Assembly: GCA_033763315.1 (NCBI GenBank)
Contig: JANRKS010000001.1
Coordinates: 128,001-192,000, forward strand
Direction: 5' to 3'
Origin: Deltaproteobacteria bacterium
GTDB taxonomy: Bacteria; Myxococcota_A; Polyangia; Fen-1088
DNA: 64,000 nt
Below, piece by piece: positions 7,840-15,947 of this stretch. The notes beneath the pieces are model-generated. The model was not told the origin of the DNA. It worked only from the letters and a program-made list of their open reading frames with translations, and made no database searches. The number at the start of each line of letters is the position of its first letter. The stretch's first letter is position 1. Both the position numbers and the translations under genes were made by a program.

Positions 7840-8895
7840 ATGGCGCGCGGATCAATGGCGAAGGAGGGTGGGGCTCTGGTGGGGGCGCTGCAGGTTCCTT
7901 CGTTGTTGCAAACGCTGGCAGCTTTGCAGGCACAAGAGCAGCGGTGGTGCAGCAAGGTAACGCGCGTGCGGGCGCAGGTGGAGAAGCTTGACGCTCGCCT
8001 GGCCGCGGTGGCCGAGAAGCTGCGGGAGGTAAGCGCTCCGCACATTGATATTTGCCATGAGCTTGATGACAAGCTTCATGGCGTGTTCGCCACGCTGTTG
8101 GCTCCCGAAAGCGGTTTAAGGGGTCGCGCCCGCGCGCAGATCAAGCGGCTCTATGAAGAGTTGCAGTGCAACGCATTCTTGAGCGATCGGATGGACATCG
8201 ACTGTCTTGATGCGCCGGCGTTTTTTGATTTTCCTGATATGCCGCCGCCGTGTGGTGCCCTGCCGCCAGCACACAAGGGCAGGCAGAAGCAGGCCAGCCG
8301 TGATTTGTTTCGCAAGTTGGCCGAAACCCTTCATCCCGACAAGAGCCACGACAACGAGACGCCCGCGCAGCGCGCTTTGCGCGAGGAAGCCATGAAGGCC
8401 GCAAGCGTGGCCTACCAGCAGGGCGATCTTGGCCGCTTGCTTTCGATCGAGAAGATGTGGCTGTCGGGGCGGCCGGCGGCCACCGTGACGGATGTGGACG
8501 ACGCGCAAGCGCGCTGTGAAGCCATCAAAGCGCGCATCGCTGATCTGATTGAACAAGAGAAGGCGCTGCGGCTTGAGCTGCGCCACTTGCGGATGGAGCC
8601 CGAGAACGATCTGCTGCGTGACATCGCGCGCGCGGGCGAAGCGGCTGTGTTCGCAAATGTGGCGCAGCAGCTCGTGGATGACGCGCAGGAATTGCGGCGT
8701 GCGATCCGACGGGGGCAAGACTTCGCCGCCAAGCGAATATCGTTGGGTGATTTCTTGATGTCGTTTCCTCAGGCGGAGGAAGACGAAGACCTAACGATGG
8801 AGGATTTGCAGGCGTTTTTTGATATGCACGCACGCGCTCCCGCACGTCCGCCCCGCAAGCGAAATCCTGCGGGCAAAGCAAAACGGAAGCGGTAG
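7840..8895 (+). CDS. J-domain (HPD) coiled-coil protein
   Basis: LFRKLAETLHPDK...MKAASVAY flanked by coiled coils. Start uncertain (7819-7880). Confidence 0.75.
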   Translation: MARGSMAKEGGALVGALQVPSLLQTLAALQAQEQRWCSKVTRVRAQVEKLDARLAAVAEKLREVSAPHIDICHELDDKLHGVFATLLAPESGLRGRARAQIKRLYEELQCNAFLSDRMDIDCLDAPAFFDFPDMPPPCGALPPAHKGRQKQASRDLFRKLAETLHPDKSHDNETPAQRALREEAMKAASVAYQQGDLGRLLSIEKMWLSGRPAATVTDVDDAQARCEAIKARIADLIEQEKALRLELRHLRMEPENDLLRDIARAGEAAVFANVAQQLVDDAQELRRAIRRGQDFAAKRISLGDFLMSFPQAEEDEDLTMEDLQAFFDMHARAPARPPRKRNPAGKAKRKR

Positions 8896-8927
8896 CTGAT
8901 GTTGAAGGCCTGCTTCTTGAAGAAGGC

Positions 8928-9947
8928 TTAAGGGCTTTGCCAGGTGGCAAGTTCAAGCGAGCGAAACAACGCGTCCAAAACACGCGCGTTTAGCAGAGCG
9001 TCGTTCACGTCGTTCTCGTGCGGCGTGTTCTCGCGAACGCTGCGGCTGAACGCTTCGGCTTGAAGCATGTACTGATCCACAGCGGGAAATAGCACTTCTT
9101 TTTTTCCTGCGCCGAACACGTCGTGACCGGGATCCAACCACACGCGGCACGCTTGATCAGGTGGCGCATTAAATGGGATCTCGATTTCGATACGGCCGAG
9201 CGTGCCAAGGATCTGCACCCGCTGGTAGGGCACATGCTGCGTTCCCACCGTGAAGGTGGCATGCGCATCACCGAAATCAAGCATGCCTGACGTCAGTCGA
9301 TCCACGCCTGACTGTGGATCGCGATCGCATGTGGCGATCACCCGCAGTGGCTCGCGCGCCAAGATAAAGCGTGCGGTGTTCACTGGATAACAGCCAATGT
9401 CGTAAAGCGCGCCGCCGCCGATGTCGCGCTGGTTGCGGATGTTGCCGGCGTCAGTGTTGGTGTATGAGAACGCACACGTCAACGATCGCACGGCGCCGAT
9501 GCGCCCCTTTTGCACCCACGTGCGCGCCGCTTGCCATTGTGGATGGGTGCGCACCATAAACGCCTCGGCAAGCAAACGGCCGGTCGTGCGTTGAGCTTGC
9601 GCGAGCGGCGCCAACTGTTCGGCTGAAAGCGCGATTGGCTTTTCGCACAACACGTGTTTGCCCGCGTTCAGCGCCGCCACCGCCCACGGCACGTGTAGAT
9701 GATTGGGCAGCGGAATGTAGACGGCTTCCACAGTCTCATCAGCCAGCAAAGCCTCATAGCTGCCCATGGCGTTGGCAATGCCTAAAGCCCCGGCGGCCGT
9801 TTGTGCTTTCGCCAAATCGCGGGAGGCCAGCGCCACCACGTGGACCAAAGGCGATTTCATCATGCCCGGCACGGATTTCGTTTGAGCGAAGCGGCTTGCG
9901 CCTAAGATGCCCCACCGAACGGGCGAAAGGGAGGTTGATGTGGTCAT
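8928..9947 (-). CDS. Gfo/Idh/MocA family oxidoreductase
   Basis: VRWGILGA, VYIPLPNHLH, GKHVLCEKP, GGGALYDIGCY. Confidence 0.93.
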   Translation of the reverse strand: MTTSTSLSPVRWGILGASRFAQTKSVPGMMKSPLVHVVALASRDLAKAQTAAGALGIANAMGSYEALLADETVEAVYIPLPNHLHVPWAVAALNAGKHVLCEKPIALSAEQLAPLAQAQRTTGRLLAEAFMVRTHPQWQAARTWVQKGRIGAVRSLTCAFSYTNTDAGNIRNQRDIGGGALYDIGCYPVNTARFILAREPLRVIATCDRDPQSGVDRLTSGMLDFGDAHATFTVGTQHVPYQRVQILGTLGRIEIEIPFNAPPDQACRVWLDPGHDVFGAGKKEVLFPAVDQYMLQAEAFSRSVRENTPHENDVNDALLNARVLDALFRSLELATWQSP

Positions 9948-9993
9948 AAGGGCTTCAGTTTCGCCAAAACTCGCCGACACGAGAAGGGGGACC

Positions 9994-10935
9994 ATGAAAA
10001 AACGGATGTTCAGGCAACGGGGTCTTTGTGGTGCAGGCGTTTTTGCGGCTTCTTTGTGGTTGGCCGCAGGTTGTGGTGGCGACGGCAAGGATCCCCAGGT
10101 TCCTGACGCCGCTGGCGCTGACGGACCCACCGGCGTTACCCGCGGCATGTTGTTGGTGAGCAACAGCGACGAACGTGGCGCGGCCCGTGTGGGCTCGGCC
10201 GTGTCGGGCGCCGACGTGTTGTTAATTGATGCGAAGACGCAACGGCCCGTGGTTGGGGCGCGGGTTGAGGCGGTTGAGCAGGTTGAAGGGTTTTTTGTGC
10301 GCGTATCGCGCGACGAAGCCGGATACGAACCCGAGGTGCTGCAAGTGCCGCGCGGCGGCCGCGCCACCGTATCGATCAACCCAAGCACCCCCGACATTCG
10401 CAGCCGCGGTCTGCAGGTGGGCGTGCAAGTGTTTGATGAGGATTATTTGGGTGAGGGCGACATCACCGCGGTGTTGGGCTTTGCCAAAACGCAGAACCGG
10501 CCGAGCGTCGTGTTTGTGCCACAGCTGCCTGCCGATAGCGTGGTGGGCGTGCAACGGTTCCGCGCGTATAAGGCCACCGTGCCGGGCACCTTGTTGGCGG
10601 TGCTTGCCGACGGCAGCGCCGCTGCCACCAACGGATCGGTCGTGCGTGGGCGCGGCCAAGTGGTGGGTACCCAGGGCATCGCGCGCGCTGGTGTGCCGGT
10701 GCAAGGCGAACAAGTGCAAAACGCCGCGCGTACACGGCAGGCGGTGATGACCGCGCCGCCCGCCCCCAAAGCCGTGGCGGTGACGCCGCCCGACGCCGCC
10801 GGTGCGGCGATGCTTTCGTGGAACGTTGACGACAGTATGGGGATCCTCATCGGTTTCGATGTGGGCGTGGACACCACGGTGCCGAACAAGCGCGTGGGCA
10901 AGATGATACGCAGCTTGCCCGTGAAGGTGCAGTGA
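9994..10935 (+). CDS. lipoprotein, probably the N-terminal part of a split gene
   Basis: AAGGGGG RBS and lipobox LAAGC; ends abruptly and overlaps the next ORF. Confidence 0.6.
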   Translation: MKKRMFRQRGLCGAGVFAASLWLAAGCGGDGKDPQVPDAAGADGPTGVTRGMLLVSNSDERGAARVGSAVSGADVLLIDAKTQRPVVGARVEAVEQVEGFFVRVSRDEAGYEPEVLQVPRGGRATVSINPSTPDIRSRGLQVGVQVFDEDYLGEGDITAVLGFAKTQNRPSVVFVPQLPADSVVGVQRFRAYKATVPGTLLAVLADGSAAATNGSVVRGRGQVVGTQGIARAGVPVQGEQVQNAARTRQAVMTAPPAPKAVAVTPPDAAGAAMLSWNVDDSMGILIGFDVGVDTTVPNKRVGKMIRSLPVKVQ

Positions 10936-13900
10936 TCCCCGAGCGCGACGGCGCCATGTACATTGCCGCGCAAGCGGATCCGCAAGCCTTGCTGTCGGAA
11001 TCAAATGCGAAAGACAATTTGGGCTTGATGCCTTTGCTGGTCGAGCCTGTGGGGCGCAACCGCGCGCCCGTGTTGTCGGTGTCGGCTACCAACGAAGGCG
11101 CAGCGGTCAAGCGCGGGCGGCCTGTGGCTTTGGGGGCCACCGCTTATGATGCCGAAGAAGGCGACATCTCGAGCCGCATTGTGTGGACCTCAAGCTTGGA
11201 CAAGTATCTTGGCCAAGGCGCGAACGTATCGTTGGCAACGCTTTCGCGCGGCAAACACCGTTTGCGCGCCACCGTGCGCGACGAAGGCGTTGTGATGGCG
11301 CCCGCGCCTTACGACAACGATCGCATGCCGGGCAAAGGCCGCGGCTTTGGTTTGTTGTGGCCACTTAAGCAAGCGCCCATGTGGGCCGCTGATATGGAGG
11401 CGCCGGAGCAAGTGGTGGGCGAATTTGAAATCGAAGTGGTGGATGATTCGTTGCCTGTCAATTCGCCACCGAGCGTCTCGGCAGGCCCGGGTCTTACGAC
11501 CTCTGTTGGCGTGCCAGGCATGCCGTTGGCCACGGCCACCGACGCCGATCAGGATCCCCTCACGATCAAGTGGCAAGCGTTCTTGGACGCCAACGAAGTG
11601 GCCCTGCAAGACGCCAGCACGTTGTCACCCAAGCTGATCGCGGGATCGGCTGGCGTGTACCGCCTGATCTTGGAAGTCAGTGACGGCAAAGACGTGAGCA
11701 AAGATGAAGTGGCCGTCACGGTGGTGGCCAACAACGATGCCCCCACGCTACAGGTCTCGCTGCCACCTATGGCAACCGTGGGAGTGCCTGTGCTTGCGAT
11801 TGTGCAAGCCAACGACGTCAACGGCGATCCGCTCACGATTTCGTACGAACTAAAGAAGCCGTTGCAAAGCAAGGCCGTGGTGCAGGCGGAAGGCCTGGGC
11901 ATGCCATCCTTCATTCCCGACCTGCCAGGCGTATACACGTTGGGCGTGTTGGCCGATGATGGCCGCGGCGGCAAGGGCAAAGGCCTTGCCGAGACCACCG
12001 TTGTGGGTGTGGCGATGCCTGACGCGGGCGCTGTTGTGGACGCAGGCGTGCCTGACGTGCGCGTGACGCCCGACGCACCGTTGGCCATGAACGTTGCGCT
12101 TGGCTCAAGCTGTAGGCAAAGCGTTGAATGTGGATCGGGGTTCTGTGTCGATGGCGTGTGTTGCGCTTCGGCTTGCGTGGGCTTGTGCCAATCCTGTGCG
12201 CTGCCAGGTATGCAAGGCACCTGCGTGGCGGCCAGCGTGGGGCAAAACCCAGACAACGATTGCCCCGCAGGTTCAAGCTGCAATGAGCTGCGCCAATGCG
12301 GACCATTCCTTGTTCGGCCGGGATCCACGTTGGTGGCCGCAGGCAATGTGAGCCTCGTGGGACGAGGCACATGGCGCGTGGGTGGCGATCCCCATGAGCA
12401 TTCCGGTGCCACATGCGACGCGGCGAGTGGTTTGTGTTTGCTCGCTGTTTCATTGCCGAATATGTCGACGTTCGCGCGGCTCGTGGCTGTGTCGATCAAC
12501 AACCCACAAGCCACGCCGATCACTTTGGCTGAGAACGTGAACCCTTACGATGGCTCCTCAGGGTTCCAGCAAGGCGTGGTGCTTGGTTCCGACATTCAAG
12601 GCGTGCGCTTCGCCTGGAAACCCGGCTGGGCGGCGCCGCAGTTCATCTCCACAGGCTTTGTTTATGAATGCCGTGTGGCGCCCGATGGCAACAGCGTGGC
12701 GTGTTTGATGAATCAACGTGAGGATGGCACGGGATTCACCTTCGATGTGGCCGTGGGGCCCTTATCAAGTGGTGGCAACTTACCGGCTGTTGTGGGCACC
12801 GTTCACGCAGATTCGATTGCTTCATCAAGTGTGCAAATGCAGTTTAGCCCCGACGGCCAAAGGTTGTTTGTGTTGGGCGCGCGTCAAGCCGGTGCGGTGC
12901 CATCAATCCGTTGGTGGTCCGTGACCGGTGGCAACGAAAACGTCATCATCGAGGAAGTCAGCTTGGGCGCGCAGATGGAGATCTCCGTGGATGGCAAGCG
13001 CATCGCGTTTACTCGTCTTGCGGTGGCAAGCCAAACCGGGCCCAGCATCGGCACGCTTGCGTTTGCCGCGACCACGGGTGCACCGAACGTGACGAGTTTG
13101 GATCAGAACGTCTCGGGCTTTGGGTTCATCACCAACGGCGCGCTGGCGTACATCAAAGCGATCGACGCAACGGCTTTGGGTGAAATTCGCACGTTTGCTG
13201 ATGTGGCAACCGGCGTGAGTTCGCCCGTCGTTGATAAGGTTCTGCAGGATTCGGTGCGCCTGTCACGTGATGGAACGCGTATGGCCCTCCTGCGAGAGAC
13301 CAACGGCAATGCGATCTCCGAGTTGTGGGTTGGCAGAACGGATGGCGCTGGTTGGTCGATGGTCACCGAGCAACCTGACATTCTGATCGAGAACGGCGAT
13401 GAAGCCTTTTCACCCCAAGGCAGCTGGTTGGTGTGGCGCACAGGGATCTCAGACAGCTTGACGCCGCAGCCTCTGTTCACCACGCGTTTGCCCGTGTCTG
13501 GCACGCCGCTGAACAACCAGGTGGGCCTGGGCGTGCGGCAGTGGGACTTCACGCAAGCCGACGGGTTGATCTCGGTGGGTGACTTCGTCGATTACACCAT
13601 CACCAGTGGCTTGCTGCGGATCTATGATGGCAGCATCATTCCCGGAAAAGTGGTGCAAAGCCACGTGGGCGAGCGCTTCGCGATCGTCAACGACAAGATC
13701 TTGTTCTTGATCACGGGCGATGCCAACGCCAATGGCGCTTACGTGGTTGATTTGGCGCAGCCACCGCCCATGTCGACATGCGATCCGATTTTGCAGATGG
13801 GCTGTTCGGCAGGCAACCGATGCACGCTTGCGGGCGCCGGCGATGTTGCCGCTTGCACGCCGGCAGGCACCGTGCCACTGGGCTCCGCCTGCGCACCAGC

Positions 13901-14126
13901 TGCGCCGTGTGCCATCGGCTTGCAATGCGTGAACAATGTGTGCGCGCGTCTGTGCGAAGTTGGCAAATCAACGTGCCCCGCAAACGCGCCCGCGTGTCAG
14001 GTGGCGCCGGGCAATGCACGCTATGGCACCTGTGTTGCGGCCGCTGTGCCGCCGCCCGACGCCGGCGTGCCGGTGACGTTCGATGCCGGTGTGGTGGTCA
14101 CGGCCGACGGCGGCGCGCCCCTTTAA
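10932..14126 (+). CDS. large surface protein: CARDB-like end, PKD/Ig-like repeats, Cys-rich modules, TolB-like beta-propeller
   Basis: ADP...ESNxxDN; ATAYDAEEGDISSRIVWTS and DADQDPLT Ig motifs; CVDGVCC; repeated SPDG/SRDG; no signal peptide of its own. Confidence 0.75.
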   Translation: MIPERDGAMYIAAQADPQALLSESNAKDNLGLMPLLVEPVGRNRAPVLSVSATNEGAAVKRGRPVALGATAYDAEEGDISSRIVWTSSLDKYLGQGANVSLATLSRGKHRLRATVRDEGVVMAPAPYDNDRMPGKGRGFGLLWPLKQAPMWAADMEAPEQVVGEFEIEVVDDSLPVNSPPSVSAGPGLTTSVGVPGMPLATATDADQDPLTIKWQAFLDANEVALQDASTLSPKLIAGSAGVYRLILEVSDGKDVSKDEVAVTVVANNDAPTLQVSLPPMATVGVPVLAIVQANDVNGDPLTISYELKKPLQSKAVVQAEGLGMPSFIPDLPGVYTLGVLADDGRGGKGKGLAETTVVGVAMPDAGAVVDAGVPDVRVTPDAPLAMNVALGSSCRQSVECGSGFCVDGVCCASACVGLCQSCALPGMQGTCVAASVGQNPDNDCPAGSSCNELRQCGPFLVRPGSTLVAAGNVSLVGRGTWRVGGDPHEHSGATCDAASGLCLLAVSLPNMSTFARLVAVSINNPQATPITLAENVNPYDGSSGFQQGVVLGSDIQGVRFAWKPGWAAPQFISTGFVYECRVAPDGNSVACLMNQREDGTGFTFDVAVGPLSSGGNLPAVVGTVHADSIASSSVQMQFSPDGQRLFVLGARQAGAVPSIRWWSVTGGNENVIIEEVSLGAQMEISVDGKRIAFTRLAVASQTGPSIGTLAFAATTGAPNVTSLDQNVSGFGFITNGALAYIKAIDATALGEIRTFADVATGVSSPVVDKVLQDSVRLSRDGTRMALLRETNGNAISELWVGRTDGAGWSMVTEQPDILIENGDEAFSPQGSWLVWRTGISDSLTPQPLFTTRLPVSGTPLNNQVGLGVRQWDFTQADGLISVGDFVDYTITSGLLRIYDGSIIPGKVVQSHVGERFAIVNDKILFLITGDANANGAYVVDLAQPPPMSTCDPILQMGCSAGNRCTLAGAGDVAACTPAGTVPLGSACAPAAPCAIGLQCVNNVCARLCEVGKSTCPANAPACQVAPGNARYGTCVAAAVPPPDAGVPVTFDAGVVVTADGGAPL

Positions 14127-15589
14127 GTGTTGTCGCGGTATGTGTTTGGATCCAAGCCGTACCGCATGAGCGTTCGATGAACCACGGCCCATTGCCGATC
14201 TAAGGCGCGCGCCACACTGGAAACGCTGCCCTTGTGCTGCACCAAGAGCGACTGCAACTCGTCCTTGGTGGGCATGGGCCGCCGCAGCTTGCGGCCGGCT
14301 TCTCCGTTGTCGTCGCTGTCATCCAACGTTTGCGCCGGTGCTGGGGGAGCGGGCGATGGCACCGAGCGCACGTGGCCTGACATGGATTGTGGCAAATGCG
14401 CCAAGCCGATGCGGGCATCGTTGACCGCATAAAGCCGCGCCTCGCGAATCACCTTCTCAAGCTCGCGCACATTGCGCGGCCACGCATAAAGCCACAACGC
14501 CAAGAATGCCGCGGGTTCGATCTCCATCCCCGCGCCACCCGAGGATGCCAAAAGGTGTGCGACCAACGGCCCAAGATCTTCGGGGCGCTCGCGCAATGGT
14601 GGCAAGCGAATGGGCTCGCCGCCCAACCGTCCCAGCAAATCAGAACGCAACGCCGGGCCCATTTCCGCCACCACGGCGTCAAACATGGTTTGGCTTGTGG
14701 CTGCGACAAACCGTGTGTCGAGCCGCCGCGACGTGGTGGCGCCGAGCGGGGTGAACTGGCGTGTTTGAATGAACCGTAGGATCTTCGCCTGCGCGGCCGA
14801 CGGCATGTCACCGATCTCGTCCAACAATAAAGTGCCGCCGCTGGCTTCTTCGATGAGACCTTTTTTCGCTTGGCCCGCTTGTGAGTGTGCGCCGCGCACG
14901 TAGCCGAACAGTTCGCTTTCGAGGAGTTCGCCCGGGACCGCGGCGCAATTGATCGGAACGAACGGACCTTTGCGGCCACTGGCGGCGTGCAACGCGCGCG
15001 CATAAACCTCTTTGCCCACGCCCGTCTCGCCCACCAGCAACACTTCTTCGTGGCTGGGAGCCAAGCGCCGCAAGCGGCTTAACATGCGCACCATTCGCGG
15101 CGACGCCGAAGGCACGGGACCAAGTGGTGACTCGGCCTCTTCAGTCATTGCCGCCAAGTCGCTGGCATCCACCAACCGGAACACAGCGGCCTGACCGCCG
15201 AACATCAAGAACATGCCGTCGTTCAACCGCACCGGCCCCGTGATCAGGCGTCCGTTCACCAAGGTGCCGTTGGTGCTGCCCAGATCGGTGATGAACCAGT
15301 TATCGGCTTGAAAGGTGATGCGGGCGTGCCGCCCGGACGCCCGGCGGTGAGACACGGCCCAGGTGTGCAGGCCGCCTTCGCCGGTGGGGCGGCGGCCGAT
15401 CTCAAGGCCAGGGCGTGCCAACTCCAACCAGCGCACGGGGCCGGGAGCCCCCGCGTTGGCCGCGTCGCCCGCGTCAATCACAAGTGCATGGCGGCCCGTC
15501 AGAGGCTGCGACGATTCAGCCTCCGTGTGGAAGGTTGGCTCTTCGATTGGGAAAGGCGCCCGAGTGGACATGGAGAACATCAGCCCCAT
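14123..15589 (-). CDS. FHA-domain sigma54-type AAA+ enhancer-binding protein with Fis-like HTH
   Basis: FHA (IGR...SGRHA...DLGSTNGT); Walker A GETGVGKE; ESELFG; Walker B LLLDEIGD; WPRNVRELE; C-terminal HTH. Start 15571-15589. Confidence 0.92.
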   Translation of the reverse strand: MGLMFSMSTRAPFPIEEPTFHTEAESSQPLTGRHALVIDAGDAANAGAPGPVRWLELARPGLEIGRRPTGEGGLHTWAVSHRRASGRHARITFQADNWFITDLGSTNGTLVNGRLITGPVRLNDGMFLMFGGQAAVFRLVDASDLAAMTEEAESPLGPVPSASPRMVRMLSRLRRLAPSHEEVLLVGETGVGKEVYARALHAASGRKGPFVPINCAAVPGELLESELFGYVRGAHSQAGQAKKGLIEEASGGTLLLDEIGDMPSAAQAKILRFIQTRQFTPLGATTSRRLDTRFVAATSQTMFDAVVAEMGPALRSDLLGRLGGEPIRLPPLRERPEDLGPLVAHLLASSGGAGMEIEPAAFLALWLYAWPRNVRELEKVIREARLYAVNDARIGLAHLPQSMSGHVRSVPSPAPPAPAQTLDDSDDNGEAGRKLRRPMPTKDELQSLLVQHKGSVSSVARALDRQWAVVHRTLMRYGLDPNTYRDNT

Positions 15590-15597
15590 CAGGGGAA

Positions 15598-15618
15598 GTC
15601 ATATGTGACTCATATGAC
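15598..15618. promoter_or_regulatory. palindromic operator / candidate upstream activating sequence
   Basis: GTCATATG-TGACT-CATATGAC, perfect 8-bp arms, AT-rich in a GC-rich genome, between divergent genes. Confidence 0.6.
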
Positions 15619-15713
15619 ACCCAGTTGACAATGCCCGGCGTTGCGAAAGCCCAGCAAAGTTACAAACGCGCGATTTCATTGGCGCGAGCGACTTTGACAG
15701 CGCCGGCCACGTT

Positions 15714-15729
15714 TGGCCCGGCTTTTGAA
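15714..15729 (+). promoter_or_regulatory. candidate sigma54-like -24/-12 promoter with variant -12
   Basis: TGGCCC-GGCTT-TTGAA against consensus TGGCAC-N5-TTGCW; ends 20 nt before ATG 15750. Confidence 0.4.
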
Positions 15730-15749
15730 GTGAGCGGTCGCGAGGCTTT

Positions 15750-15941
15750 ATGAAAACTTACTTCGCAGTGATTCCCGATGGGCAAACGCAACCGGCGGCC
15801 GTCTTCGCGCAACTGGAAGACGCCATTGATTGGGGCGTGGGCACCATTGGTCAAAACAGGTTTAGCATCCGGGGCGTGCAGGGCGTGGCAAGTGATTGGG
15901 CCGAAGGGGTGGTGCCCGCAGCAGGGTTGCCGGCGAATTAA
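15750..15941 (+). CDS. 63-aa hypothetical microprotein
   Basis: GAGG RBS, ATG start, globular-looking sequence MKTYFAVIPDG...AVFAQLEDAIDWG...FSIR; fills the intergenic gap. Confidence 0.65.
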   Translation: MKTYFAVIPDGQTQPAAVFAQLEDAIDWGVGTIGQNRFSIRGVQGVASDWAEGVVPAAGLPAN

Positions 15942-15947
15942 CAGAGG

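Noticed and set aside
8928-10397. Long N-terminal extensions in the ORF track (oxidoreductase to 10397; also RCC1 to 35292, MYXO-CTERM to 40729, lipoprotein from 53181)
   Set aside because: They overlap neighbouring genes; downstream starts fit domain boundaries, signal peptides and promoter positions better.
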